Assembly (NCBI GenBank): GCA_030688615.1
Contig: JAUYIZ010000358.1
Location: 1,006-65,005, forward strand
Reading direction: 5' to 3'
Source: Desulfobacterales bacterium
Lineage (GTDB): Bacteria; Desulfobacterota; Desulfobacteria; Desulfobacterales; JAUYIZ01
Length of the DNA: 64,000 nt
The notes beneath the pieces were generated by a model, which saw nothing but the letters and a program-made list of their open reading frames with translations, had not been told where the DNA came from and made no database searches. Shown one piece after another: positions 29,198 to 37,240 of the stretch (position 1 is the first letter of the stretch; every line of letters starts with the position of its first letter). A program made the position numbers and the translations under genes.

Positions 29198-30238
29198 ATG
29201 GATTTGAATTTCAGCAGACAAGAAAAAATCGTCGGGACGTTTTTAGTCACTGTGGTCCTCATCCTGCTTGCTGTAGTGATCGTCATCGGCCGCGGCAAAG
29301 ACTGGTATAAAACCTATGCCACCTATTATGCGACATTTAACCAAAGTTATGATCTGCAGGAAAATGCCGCCGTTAAACTTTTTAAGGCCAACATTGGAAA
29401 AGTCAGGCGGATTACGCTGGTGGAAAACAAAGTGAAGGTGGAGCTGGGCATCCTGGAAGAATATGCGAACCACATCCGATCCGATTCCGTGGCCACCGTG
29501 GAGAGCCCCACATTCATCGGCTCGGAGTATGTCTCCATCATCCCCGGAAACGCCGCGTCGGCCCGGATTCCCGATAACGGAGAAATTCCTTCCAAGGAAA
29601 AAAAATCAATCAGCGACCTGCTGGCCGAATTTCAGGTTGAAAAAACAGCCAAGATGCTCATTAAAGCGGTCCAGGATCTATCCGATGCCATGCTGACGCT
29701 GCGGGACCCGGCCGGGCCGCTCTTTTCCGCCCTGGGACACCTGGACCGGACCACGGAAAATATCGAAAAGATCACCGCGGATATCCAGGCCGGCAAAGGA
29801 ACCCTGGGGGAACTCTTTAAATCCCGCTCGCTGATCGAAGCGCTCCATAAGAACATGGACAGCGTCAGAGAAATCCTGCAGCATATCGCCAGGGCATCTG
29901 CAAAAACCCCGAAAGCGATGGATCAGGTCCAGGACAACCTGTCCGTCATCAAACAGGTGGGAACCCATCTTTCAGAAAGCGTTCTGCAGATTCAACGCAT
30001 TTTAAAAGAAGTTGAAAAGGACATGCAGGCCGTCGAAAGGATTCTTGCCAATATCGAAAATGGAAGCCTCACGGTGCCTGAAATTATGCAGTCAACCAAA
30101 TTCAGCATTCAAGAAATCCGGGAAGGCGTTGAAAATGCGGATAAAATCTTTAAATCCCTCCAGAAAAATTTTTTGATCCGCCCCAACATCCCGCCGGAAC
30201 CGGTGGGCAAAAACATCGATGCGGGATTACGGAAATGA
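29198..30238 (+). CDS. mlaD: MlaD/MCE-domain protein with a long C-terminal helical extension
   Basis: N-terminal TM segment. MCE core: VKLFKANIGKVRRITLVENKVKVELGILEEYANHIRSDSVATVESPTFIGSEYVSIIPG. About 200 aa of helical, coiled-coil-like tail follow. Confidence 0.7.
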   Translation: MDLNFSRQEKIVGTFLVTVVLILLAVVIVIGRGKDWYKTYATYYATFNQSYDLQENAAVKLFKANIGKVRRITLVENKVKVELGILEEYANHIRSDSVATVESPTFIGSEYVSIIPGNAASARIPDNGEIPSKEKKSISDLLAEFQVEKTAKMLIKAVQDLSDAMLTLRDPAGPLFSALGHLDRTTENIEKITADIQAGKGTLGELFKSRSLIEALHKNMDSVREILQHIARASAKTPKAMDQVQDNLSVIKQVGTHLSESVLQIQRILKEVEKDMQAVERILANIENGSLTVPEIMQSTKFSIQEIREGVENADKIFKSLQKNFLIRPNIPPEPVGKNIDAGLRK

Positions 30239-30278
30239 TCCGCAGGTCTGCACTGATCCGGCCAGGTGCATGGGGATG

Positions 30279-30725
30279 TTACGTGCGCGCCTTCAATTGA
30301 GTTGCCACGGCTTGATTCAGCAATTTTTGCGCTTGGATGAGTTTTTTATACTTTGATTCTATATTCTCCATATTTCGGGACAGAACAGCTTTCAATAAAT
30401 CTCCCTCCATTTCAGCAACATCGATTCTTTCATAATAGTCCATCGTCTCTTTGAGATGTGCGATGACGATCTTGCCTGTTAAAATGGGGTGGTTGTTCGT
30501 GACATTTGCATCCTCAAATCTGGTTCCATGTTCCAGCTCGACCTCTAAACCTTTTCGGAACGCCTCCAGGGGAATGTTCATCCCCTGGGTATTCACAATA
30601 TTGAGAATCGTGGCGGCTTCTTCAGCTGAGACAGCTGGATCCGCAATTTCGGACCAGTCACGCAAACCCGTTTCGTGGCAGACTCTTTTTACCTCTTCGG
30701 CAGTGATATACTCCGGCAGCTTCAC
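30279..30725 (-). CDS. Hypothetical cytoplasmic protein (148 aa)
   Basis: Clean ORF in an AT-richer stretch, containing GLEVELEHGT. I cannot assign a family with confidence. Confidence 0.45.
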   Translation of the reverse strand: MKLPEYITAEEVKRVCHETGLRDWSEIADPAVSAEEAATILNIVNTQGMNIPLEAFRKGLEVELEHGTRFEDANVTNNHPILTGKIVIAHLKETMDYYERIDVAEMEGDLLKAVLSRNMENIESKYKKLIQAQKLLNQAVATQLKART

Positions 30726-30822
30726 GTATTCCTCCTTTCATGATTGACGGCAGGGTAAAAAGTCCGACTCCCGTGTCGCGTCGCATCTTCTTTCCTTGCC
30801 ATGTTTTTATACAACGACAGTG

Positions 30823-31035
30823 TCATTTTACCCCGTAGGTGGCCGGGAGCAGCCAGGAAAGCGCGGCCCACATGATCAGGACCAGCGGCACCCCGATCCG
30901 CAGAAAATCGTTGAAGGTGTATCTGCCCGCGTTCATGACGAGCAGATTGGTCTTGTAGGCCATGGGGGTGGCATAGCTCAGGTTGGCCCCGAACAGCACG
31001 GCCAGGGCATGGGCACTGGGCGGCGGGGGCAGGGC
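30823..31035 (-). pseudogene. C-terminal remnant of an SLC13/DASS-type permease gene
   Basis: The translation ...AVLFGANLSYATPMAYKTNLLVMNAGRYTFNDFLRIGVPLVLIMWAALSWLLPATYGV matches only the last ~65 residues typical of SLC13 permeases. No upstream part of the gene is present. Confidence 0.5.
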
Positions 31036-31183
31036 CATTTCCTGTAACTCCCTTGCAGGTTGAAGGAACGTGAACGTCAGTTGACGCAAAAAAAATACCA
31101 TAGGAGGATTCTCGCACAAGGCCCGCACCCGGTCAAGCGCACCGGCAAAAATGGGGTCCGGCAGAACTGCGGCCCGGCCAGGC

Positions 31184-32164
31184 TCATTTACTTCGTCCGT
31201 CCACCGCGGACACCCATTTATTTCCTATTTTGTGCAAATCCACATGGTGCATGCCGGCTGCATTCCATCCGATGGCCGTCTTGGTTACGATGGGTTTTGT
31301 CGAGGCCAATTTTTCCGCATATGATGTTTCAGACAGCTCACTTATTTCAAAGGCAAAAACCTGGATGCCATAACTGGGATCATCATCTTGTGCCAACCGG
31401 AACAGTTTGCCATCATAAACGATAACCCGGCCGGCCGGCCTTGAAAAATGCTTATTTCGCTTTACGATCGGGTTCTTTGGATGAGGCTTCCACCCTGATA
31501 ATAAGTTATCCGAAAAATAAAGGTTCAGGGTTTCATGGTTCCCGGCAGCGACAAACATCCACCATTTATCTTCATGACGAAATATGGAAGGATCCAAATA
31601 TTGATATCCGGACAACAGATTCCCGGCATACTCCCATTTTTCAGGAAACTGCGTAGCCTTATATAACCTCACCGAAAAATCTTCATTACTCTCCGGAATT
31701 AAGTAGTAGCTATTGTCCCACTCGAAAACATATGGATACGACAAATGAAATTTTTCATTAATAACAACTTTTCGGTAATGCCACTCTCTGCCGTCCGCAC
31801 TGTCTGCATAGGCAATAACACCCTGGTCGCTTTTCCGGTCGAGCACTTCAAAAAACATGAAATATTTTCCATTCTTAACCACCATGAATGGATCTGCGAT
31901 GAAGGCTGCGTCTCTGTCGGCAACATCTTTTCCGGTTAGAACCGGATTGGAAACATCTTCCGGGGCAGCCAGATCGAATGGCGTGGAACCTTCATAAATC
32001 CCAATGGACCAGGGGCCGTAAGGACCCTCCTGCTCCGGATTGTTGAATGCTGTTTTAAGGACTCTGTCAGGAAATATCTCATATTTTTGGATGACCATTC
32101 CAGAAATTACACCCGCTGTAAATGTCATGATCAACAGGGCGGAAATGGTCAGATATCTCTTCAT
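31184..32164 (-). CDS. Membrane-anchored beta-propeller protein (GH43/GH32-superfamily-like)
   Basis: N-terminal TM anchor. FIADPFMVVKNGKYFMFFEVL, YPYVFEWDNSYYLIPES, DPSIFRHEDKWWMF and RPAGRVIVYDGKLFRLAQD resemble blades of a five-bladed propeller. The family assignment is tentative. Confidence 0.45.
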   Translation of the reverse strand: MKRYLTISALLIMTFTAGVISGMVIQKYEIFPDRVLKTAFNNPEQEGPYGPWSIGIYEGSTPFDLAAPEDVSNPVLTGKDVADRDAAFIADPFMVVKNGKYFMFFEVLDRKSDQGVIAYADSADGREWHYRKVVINEKFHLSYPYVFEWDNSYYLIPESNEDFSVRLYKATQFPEKWEYAGNLLSGYQYLDPSIFRHEDKWWMFVAAGNHETLNLYFSDNLLSGWKPHPKNPIVKRNKHFSRPAGRVIVYDGKLFRLAQDDDPSYGIQVFAFEISELSETSYAEKLASTKPIVTKTAIGWNAAGMHHVDLHKIGNKWVSAVDGRSK

Positions 32165-32571
32165 CAGGGTACCCCCTCAGGGCTCGCCGCCTGCAGGTTC
32201 CGGACAACCTTTTAAAATTAAAATCTTGACAAGTAAAGAAGCTGCAGGATAAAAATCTAGACGTTTCAACAACCGAAACAGGCATCGCATGTAATAATGT
32301 TACACTACGAAATGGAATCAGTAAAACCTGGAAAGTCAAAGCAGGATAACAGCCTTCAAGAGGAATTGTCAACTGAAAATGGCGCCGTAAACCCAACCCC
32401 TTCAGAACAACCATGATTTATACCCGAACGATTAAAAACCGAACCCTTACAGAGGCAAAAAGCCCGCTTGATTTCTACCCTGAGTCCATCCATGGCTTGC
32501 GCCGGACACACGAAAGTGTCCGTCCACTATAACTTAATATTATCATTATTTTATCAAAAAGGAGGGGCAAG

Positions 32572-34206
32572 ATGTCTTATTACCGAGATCTGCGGGAGTA
32601 CCTGTCCGCGCTTGATCAAAAAGGCAAGCTAAGGACCATCGCTGCTGAAATCAACACGGAGACCCAACTTCATCCGCTGGTCAGATGGCAGTTCAGGGGC
32701 CTTGATGAAGCCGACCGCACCGGTTTTTTATTTGAAAACCTCATTGACGGCCGGGGCAAAAAATACAATTGCCGGGTGGCCACGTCGGTCACAGGCGCCT
32801 CCAAGGAGGTTTATGCCATCGGACTTAAAACCGGGGTCGGCGAAATACATGCGGCCTGGACAAAGGCCCTCAACGCGCCGATCCCGCCGAAAATCGTGCG
32901 CAACGGGCCGGTAAAGGAAGAAATTCACAAGGGCGCCGATCTCTGCGTCCACGGCGGCACGGGCGAGTTCGCCATTCCCATCTCCACCAACGGGTGGGAG
33001 AGCCTGCCCAGGCTGACGGCGATTTCCTGGCACACCAAAGACCCCGATACCGGCGTGATCAACGTGGGCACCTACAACGGCACCGTACTGGGGCCGACCC
33101 GCACCAGCTGCCGTTCGCCGCGCACGGATCTGCGTATTCACTGGGATAAACACCGCGCCAAGGGAGAGCCTCTGCCCGCAGCCATCGTTATCGGAGCCGT
33201 GCCGGCCGTCACCATGGTCAGTGTTTCAAAAATTCCCTACGGTTTGAGTGAACTGGATGTGGCCGGAGCTCTGGCGGGTGAACCCATAGAGGTCATCCCC
33301 TGTGAAACGATTGACCTTCTGGTGCCGGCAACCGCCGAGGTTGTCATGGAAGGGTATATATCCACCGAATTTACAGAACCGGATGCCGCCAGCGGTGAAC
33401 ACACCGGATATATGATCGTCGAACACGAGGTCTTTGCTTTTGAAGTCAAATGTATCACCCACAGAAAAAACCCCATCTGGCATGATTTTATCAGTCAGAT
33501 GCCTCCCTCCGAATCGAGCGTCATCCGGGGGATCGCCACGGAGGGCCGGATGCTGAGCTTTCTGGTCAACAGCTGCGGTATTCCGCAGGTAAAGGAAGTT
33601 GCTTTTCACCACTGCGCGGGGGGGTGGCGGATGTGCGTGATCAAGCTGCAGGACATATCGGGCAAGAGAACCCATAACAGCATCGTCTGGCAGGCCCTTC
33701 TGGCTTCTCTGGCAGTCACCACCGATTTCCCCAAGATGGTCATTGCCGTTGACGACGACATCGACACCTGGGATCTTGAGTCGGTGTTCTGGGCGGTCAC
33801 TTTTCGCTATCAGCCCCACCGGGACACCAAAATCATCCAGGGCAGGGCGGCCGGCCTGGACCAGTCCGCCGGTCCCTATACCGTCGAAAAGGAAGAACGC
33901 ATCTACCCGACTTCCAGGTCCGCGCCCCAGGGCGGTTCGGCGATTCTCATGGACGCAACCCGCAAGTGGGCTTACACGCCCATCGCTTTGCCCAAGCGCG
34001 AATACATGGAAGATGCGAAAAAACTCTGGGAAAGCCTGGGCCTGCCGAAACTGTCGCCGAAGAAGCCATGGTATGGCGTATCCCTGGGGATGTGGCCTGA
34101 AGAGCATGAACGCCAGGCCGGGTTGGCCGCCCGGGGAGATTTCAAGGCCGTGGCCGAAGAGCTGATGGCGGGCCGCATCGTACCGCCCTTCAGTTCTACG
34201 AAATAG
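32572..34206 (+). CDS. UbiD-family (de)carboxylase, divergent paralog 1 (544 aa)
   Basis: Overall UbiD layout: KLRTI..EINTETQLHP, NVGTYN, IVIGAVPAV, GEHTGYM, QMPPSESSVIRG. The conserved NxGxYR arginine is Asn here (codon 169, nt 33076-33078). Confidence 0.8.
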   Translation: MSYYRDLREYLSALDQKGKLRTIAAEINTETQLHPLVRWQFRGLDEADRTGFLFENLIDGRGKKYNCRVATSVTGASKEVYAIGLKTGVGEIHAAWTKALNAPIPPKIVRNGPVKEEIHKGADLCVHGGTGEFAIPISTNGWESLPRLTAISWHTKDPDTGVINVGTYNGTVLGPTRTSCRSPRTDLRIHWDKHRAKGEPLPAAIVIGAVPAVTMVSVSKIPYGLSELDVAGALAGEPIEVIPCETIDLLVPATAEVVMEGYISTEFTEPDAASGEHTGYMIVEHEVFAFEVKCITHRKNPIWHDFISQMPPSESSVIRGIATEGRMLSFLVNSCGIPQVKEVAFHHCAGGWRMCVIKLQDISGKRTHNSIVWQALLASLAVTTDFPKMVIAVDDDIDTWDLESVFWAVTFRYQPHRDTKIIQGRAAGLDQSAGPYTVEKEERIYPTSRSAPQGGSAILMDATRKWAYTPIALPKREYMEDAKKLWESLGLPKLSPKKPWYGVSLGMWPEEHERQAGLAARGDFKAVAEELMAGRIVPPFSSTK

Positions 34207-34225
34207 CCGACGGGAACCAAATTTT

Positions 34226-34396
34226 TTCACCGTTTACGGTTTACAGTTACCGGTTCACGGTTTCAAAAACAGAAATTAGAGGAAAAATATGGGGTCTTCT
34301 TTTGAAGATTTGAAGTCAATATCCAAAATGCCTCCATCGTTGCATAGTTCATTGAAAAAACTGTGAACTGTGAACCGATAACCGTGAACGGTTACC
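34226..34396. repeat. Inverted pair of heptanucleotide tandem-repeat arms flanking an 82-bp core
   Basis: The left arm (34226-34269) is related to the reverse complement of the right arm (34352-34396). Both arms are built of GTTCACG/GTTTACG/GTTCACA units. The core carries a 25-codon ORF (34289-34366) preceded by GAGGA. Confidence 0.7.
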
Positions 34397-34421
34397 AAAC
34401 TTTTTTCGTAACAGGTTGCCC

Positions 34422-34967
34422 ATGAAAGAAAAAAAAACCGGGAAAAAGATCGACTCGAGTCTGTTCATTGTGTCGGCACTGATTTTGATCGCCGCAGCCA
34501 TCAGTTTCTTTATCGGAGGGTGGCAGCGGGTCATTTCCGGTCTGACCCAAGGCGTCCTTTTGATGGATAAAGTATGGCTGCGCCTCCTCCTGGGTATCGT
34601 CTTTGCCGGTCTGCTGCAAGAACTGGTGCCCCATGAAGGGGTCGCAAAATGGCTCGGGCCGACCTCCGGGCTGAAAGGCATTCTGATCGGCTCCTACCTG
34701 GGGGTGTTTATGACCAACGCTCCCTATGTCAAGGTACCCTTGATAATGTCTCTTTATGCTGCCGGGGCAGGTATCGGCCCGGTCATCGCGCTGTTGGTAG
34801 GCGGAGAGGGATTGGCGCTGCAAAGTTTATTTGTATGGCAAATTCCGTTTCTCGGTGTGGGCATATCCTTGTCCCGGTATGTTGTTTTTCTGTTCATCCC
34901 CCCGGTGGTCGGGGTTGCCGGTGCAGCGGTGTACCGGTTACTGCCTTTCCAGGAAAAAGGGAAATAA
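34422..34967 (+). CDS. Half-size membrane permease (ArsP/DUF318-like), subunit 1
   Basis: 181-aa hydrophobic protein that is homologous over its whole length to the next gene (GPTSGLKGILIGSYLGVF...GPVIALL...WQIPFLG). A TTG at 34416 is an alternative start. Confidence 0.6.
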   Translation: MKEKKTGKKIDSSLFIVSALILIAAAISFFIGGWQRVISGLTQGVLLMDKVWLRLLLGIVFAGLLQELVPHEGVAKWLGPTSGLKGILIGSYLGVFMTNAPYVKVPLIMSLYAAGAGIGPVIALLVGGEGLALQSLFVWQIPFLGVGISLSRYVVFLFIPPVVGVAGAAVYRLLPFQEKGK

Positions 34968-34974
34968 CGTCATC

Positions 34975-35481
34975 ATGGAAACGACCCTCATCGTTCAAAT
35001 CGCCATGGTTGCCCTGGCCATGGCCCTTGCCTTCTGGAGGGGGCGCTGGCGTCTAATCGCATCGGGACTGAAACGATCCACCCGGACCTTTCAGTCCCTC
35101 TGGTTGCGAATCCTGTTAGGATTCACTCTCAGCGGACTGCTGCAAGACCTGCTGCCCCGTGAGTTCATCGCCAGAATGTTAGGGCCCGCCTCCGGGCTGA
35201 AAGGCATCCTGCTCGGCTCATTTGCGGGCATTTTTTTAACCGGCGGCCCGTATGTCAGAATGCCCATCATAGCCTCTATGGCATCTGCCGGAGCGGCTGC
35301 CGGCCCGGTGATCGCTTTAGTTATGGCGACACAACTCATCGGTCTGTATCCGCTGGTCATATGGGAAATTCCATTCTTCGGGCTCAAACTGCCGCTGGCC
35401 CGGTTTCTGGTATGCCTGGTCATTACCCCCATTGTCGCCGTAGCCGGGGCGGCCCTGTTCCAGTTGTACAATTCAGTGTAA
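34975..35481 (+). CDS. Half-size membrane permease (ArsP/DUF318-like), subunit 2
   Basis: 168 aa, containing GPASGLKGILLGSFAGIF...GPVIALV...WEIPFFG. The ATG lies 7 nt after the upstream stop. Confidence 0.6.
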   Translation: METTLIVQIAMVALAMALAFWRGRWRLIASGLKRSTRTFQSLWLRILLGFTLSGLLQDLLPREFIARMLGPASGLKGILLGSFAGIFLTGGPYVRMPIIASMASAGAAAGPVIALVMATQLIGLYPLVIWEIPFFGLKLPLARFLVCLVITPIVAVAGAALFQLYNSV

Positions 35482-35571
35482 GGGTTCACTGCAAGGGTCA
35501 AGACCGCAGACATCGCCCCGGACCGCCTTTTGGCCTCTTGGCAGGCGCGGCAGTTTCTTGATTTTTTTCGT

Positions 35572-35599
35572 TTGACAAAAACTCAACGTCCTATATTAT
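35572..35599 (+). promoter_or_regulatory. Putative sigma70-type promoter upstream of UbiD paralog 2
   Basis: TTGACA (35572-35577), a 16-nt spacer, then TATTAT (35594-35599). It lies about 55 nt upstream of the GTG start, and AGGAGGG precedes that start. Confidence 0.4.
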
Positions 35600-35654
35600 G
35601 TCGGTTAATTAATTTGCGGTCACTTTTTTCTACGCCTTTCAGGAGGGCTTCCCG

Positions 35655-37064
35655 GTGTACGCGGATTTGAGAGAATATCTGCATCTACTTGAAATTAAGG
35701 GAAAACTGCATAAAATCGAGGTGGAAGTAGACAAGGATTGGGAGATCGCCGCCGTCTGCCGGAACCTGTTTCGCAAAATTCCCGCCAATGACAGACCGGC
35801 GCTCATGTTCCAGCGGGTCAAGGGCTTTGCCGCGCCGGTTGTCGCCGGCGCCCTGGGCGCGTCCAGGCAGGTGTACGCCTTGGCGCTGGGCACGGAGCCG
35901 GAGGATATTCTGGACAAATGGGTCACGGCGCAAGACCGGCTCATCGAACCGACCCTTCTCAGCACCGGGCCCTGCCAGGAAAACAGACGGATGTGCGATG
36001 CGGTTGATTTAACCGCGCTGCCCGTTCCCATATGGACGGTGGAGCATGATCCCGGACCTTTCATCACGTCACCTTATGTCTGCACCAAAGATCCGCAAAC
36101 CCATGTCCAAAACGTCGGCACGTATCGCGTTCAGGTGAAAGGCAGGAATAAAGCGGGTCTCATGGCAGGCAGGAAGCAGGACGGCATGGTCAATATCGCG
36201 AAATGGGAAGCCATGCATCAACCGGCTCCCATCGCCATCGCCATTGGTTCGGACCCTGTCATCGGGGCCGTCTCGGTTTCAAAGATCCCCTACGGTGTGG
36301 CCGAGTTTTCGATGGCCGGCGGCCTGCGGGGCGCACCGGTTGAACTGGTCAAATGCTTGACCGTTCCATTGGAAGTTCCGGCCACTGCGGAAATTGTAAT
36401 CGAAGGGACGATTTCTCCGGGTGTCCGCGCCAAAGAAGGCCCGTTCGGAGAATACACGGGGTACATGGGTTCCTGGGGCAATCACACGGAAATAGACGTT
36501 ACATGCATCACCCATAGAAATAATTATATTTACCAGGCCTTTATCAGCCAGATGCCCCCCAGCGAAAGCAGCCTTATCCGGGGAATCGGCCGGGAAGTGC
36601 CTTTGTTCAAACATCTTAAATACGATTTGGGCCTGCCCGTGAAAGACCTGTGCTATACGGAAAGCGGCGGCAGCGGGGCCATTCTGATCATTTCCATCGC
36701 AAAGCAGTACCCGGGCCAGGCGCGACAAATCGCATCCGCGGCATGGGGCAGGATTAATTCACTGGGCAAATATACCATCGTTGTGGATGACGATATTGAT
36801 ATTCATAACAGCTTTGCCGTTCAGTGGGCACTCAGTTTCCGGGTGCAACCCGACCGCGATATCCATATCGCGGGGCAAATGTCGGCCCTGGGCCTGGATC
36901 CCTCCGTGGCGCCGGCCGATGTGCCGCAACATGACCCCTCAAGACTGATCGGTTCCAGGGTTTTCATCGACGGTACCAGAAAACATGATTATCCGCCGCT
37001 GGCGGTCCCGCCGGAGGAACACATGGATTTTGTCAAACAGAACTGGGGCTCCTATGGTTTCTAA
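35655..37064 (+). CDS. UbiD-family (de)carboxylase, paralog 2 (469 aa)
   Basis: NVGTYRVQV, AIAIGSDPV, KEGPFGEYTGYM and QMPPSESSLIRG are present. The canonical Arg and the E-x4-E motif are retained. Confidence 0.8.
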   Translation: MYADLREYLHLLEIKGKLHKIEVEVDKDWEIAAVCRNLFRKIPANDRPALMFQRVKGFAAPVVAGALGASRQVYALALGTEPEDILDKWVTAQDRLIEPTLLSTGPCQENRRMCDAVDLTALPVPIWTVEHDPGPFITSPYVCTKDPQTHVQNVGTYRVQVKGRNKAGLMAGRKQDGMVNIAKWEAMHQPAPIAIAIGSDPVIGAVSVSKIPYGVAEFSMAGGLRGAPVELVKCLTVPLEVPATAEIVIEGTISPGVRAKEGPFGEYTGYMGSWGNHTEIDVTCITHRNNYIYQAFISQMPPSESSLIRGIGREVPLFKHLKYDLGLPVKDLCYTESGGSGAILIISIAKQYPGQARQIASAAWGRINSLGKYTIVVDDDIDIHNSFAVQWALSFRVQPDRDIHIAGQMSALGLDPSVAPADVPQHDPSRLIGSRVFIDGTRKHDYPPLAVPPEEHMDFVKQNWGSYGF

Positions 37065-37240
37065 TAAGGGCATCGGAAAAAATAAATTCTCCATCTCGCT
37101 TGTCTTTTGGCCCGGCTACTGCGTTGCATCAATGGCCCCATACAACAAGTATGAAACCATCGACGCGCCTTGTATCCGAACCAAATTCCAGCGCAATCTC
37201 AGGGCAATTAATTTTTTCCGAGGCCCTAACAGGTATTACC

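Noticed and set aside
32226-32254. TTGACA plus 17 nt plus ATAAAA as a promoter for the UbiD cluster.
   Set aside because: The -10 element is poor, and the site lies about 340 nt upstream of the start codon. I kept it only as a note under the leader and islet finding.
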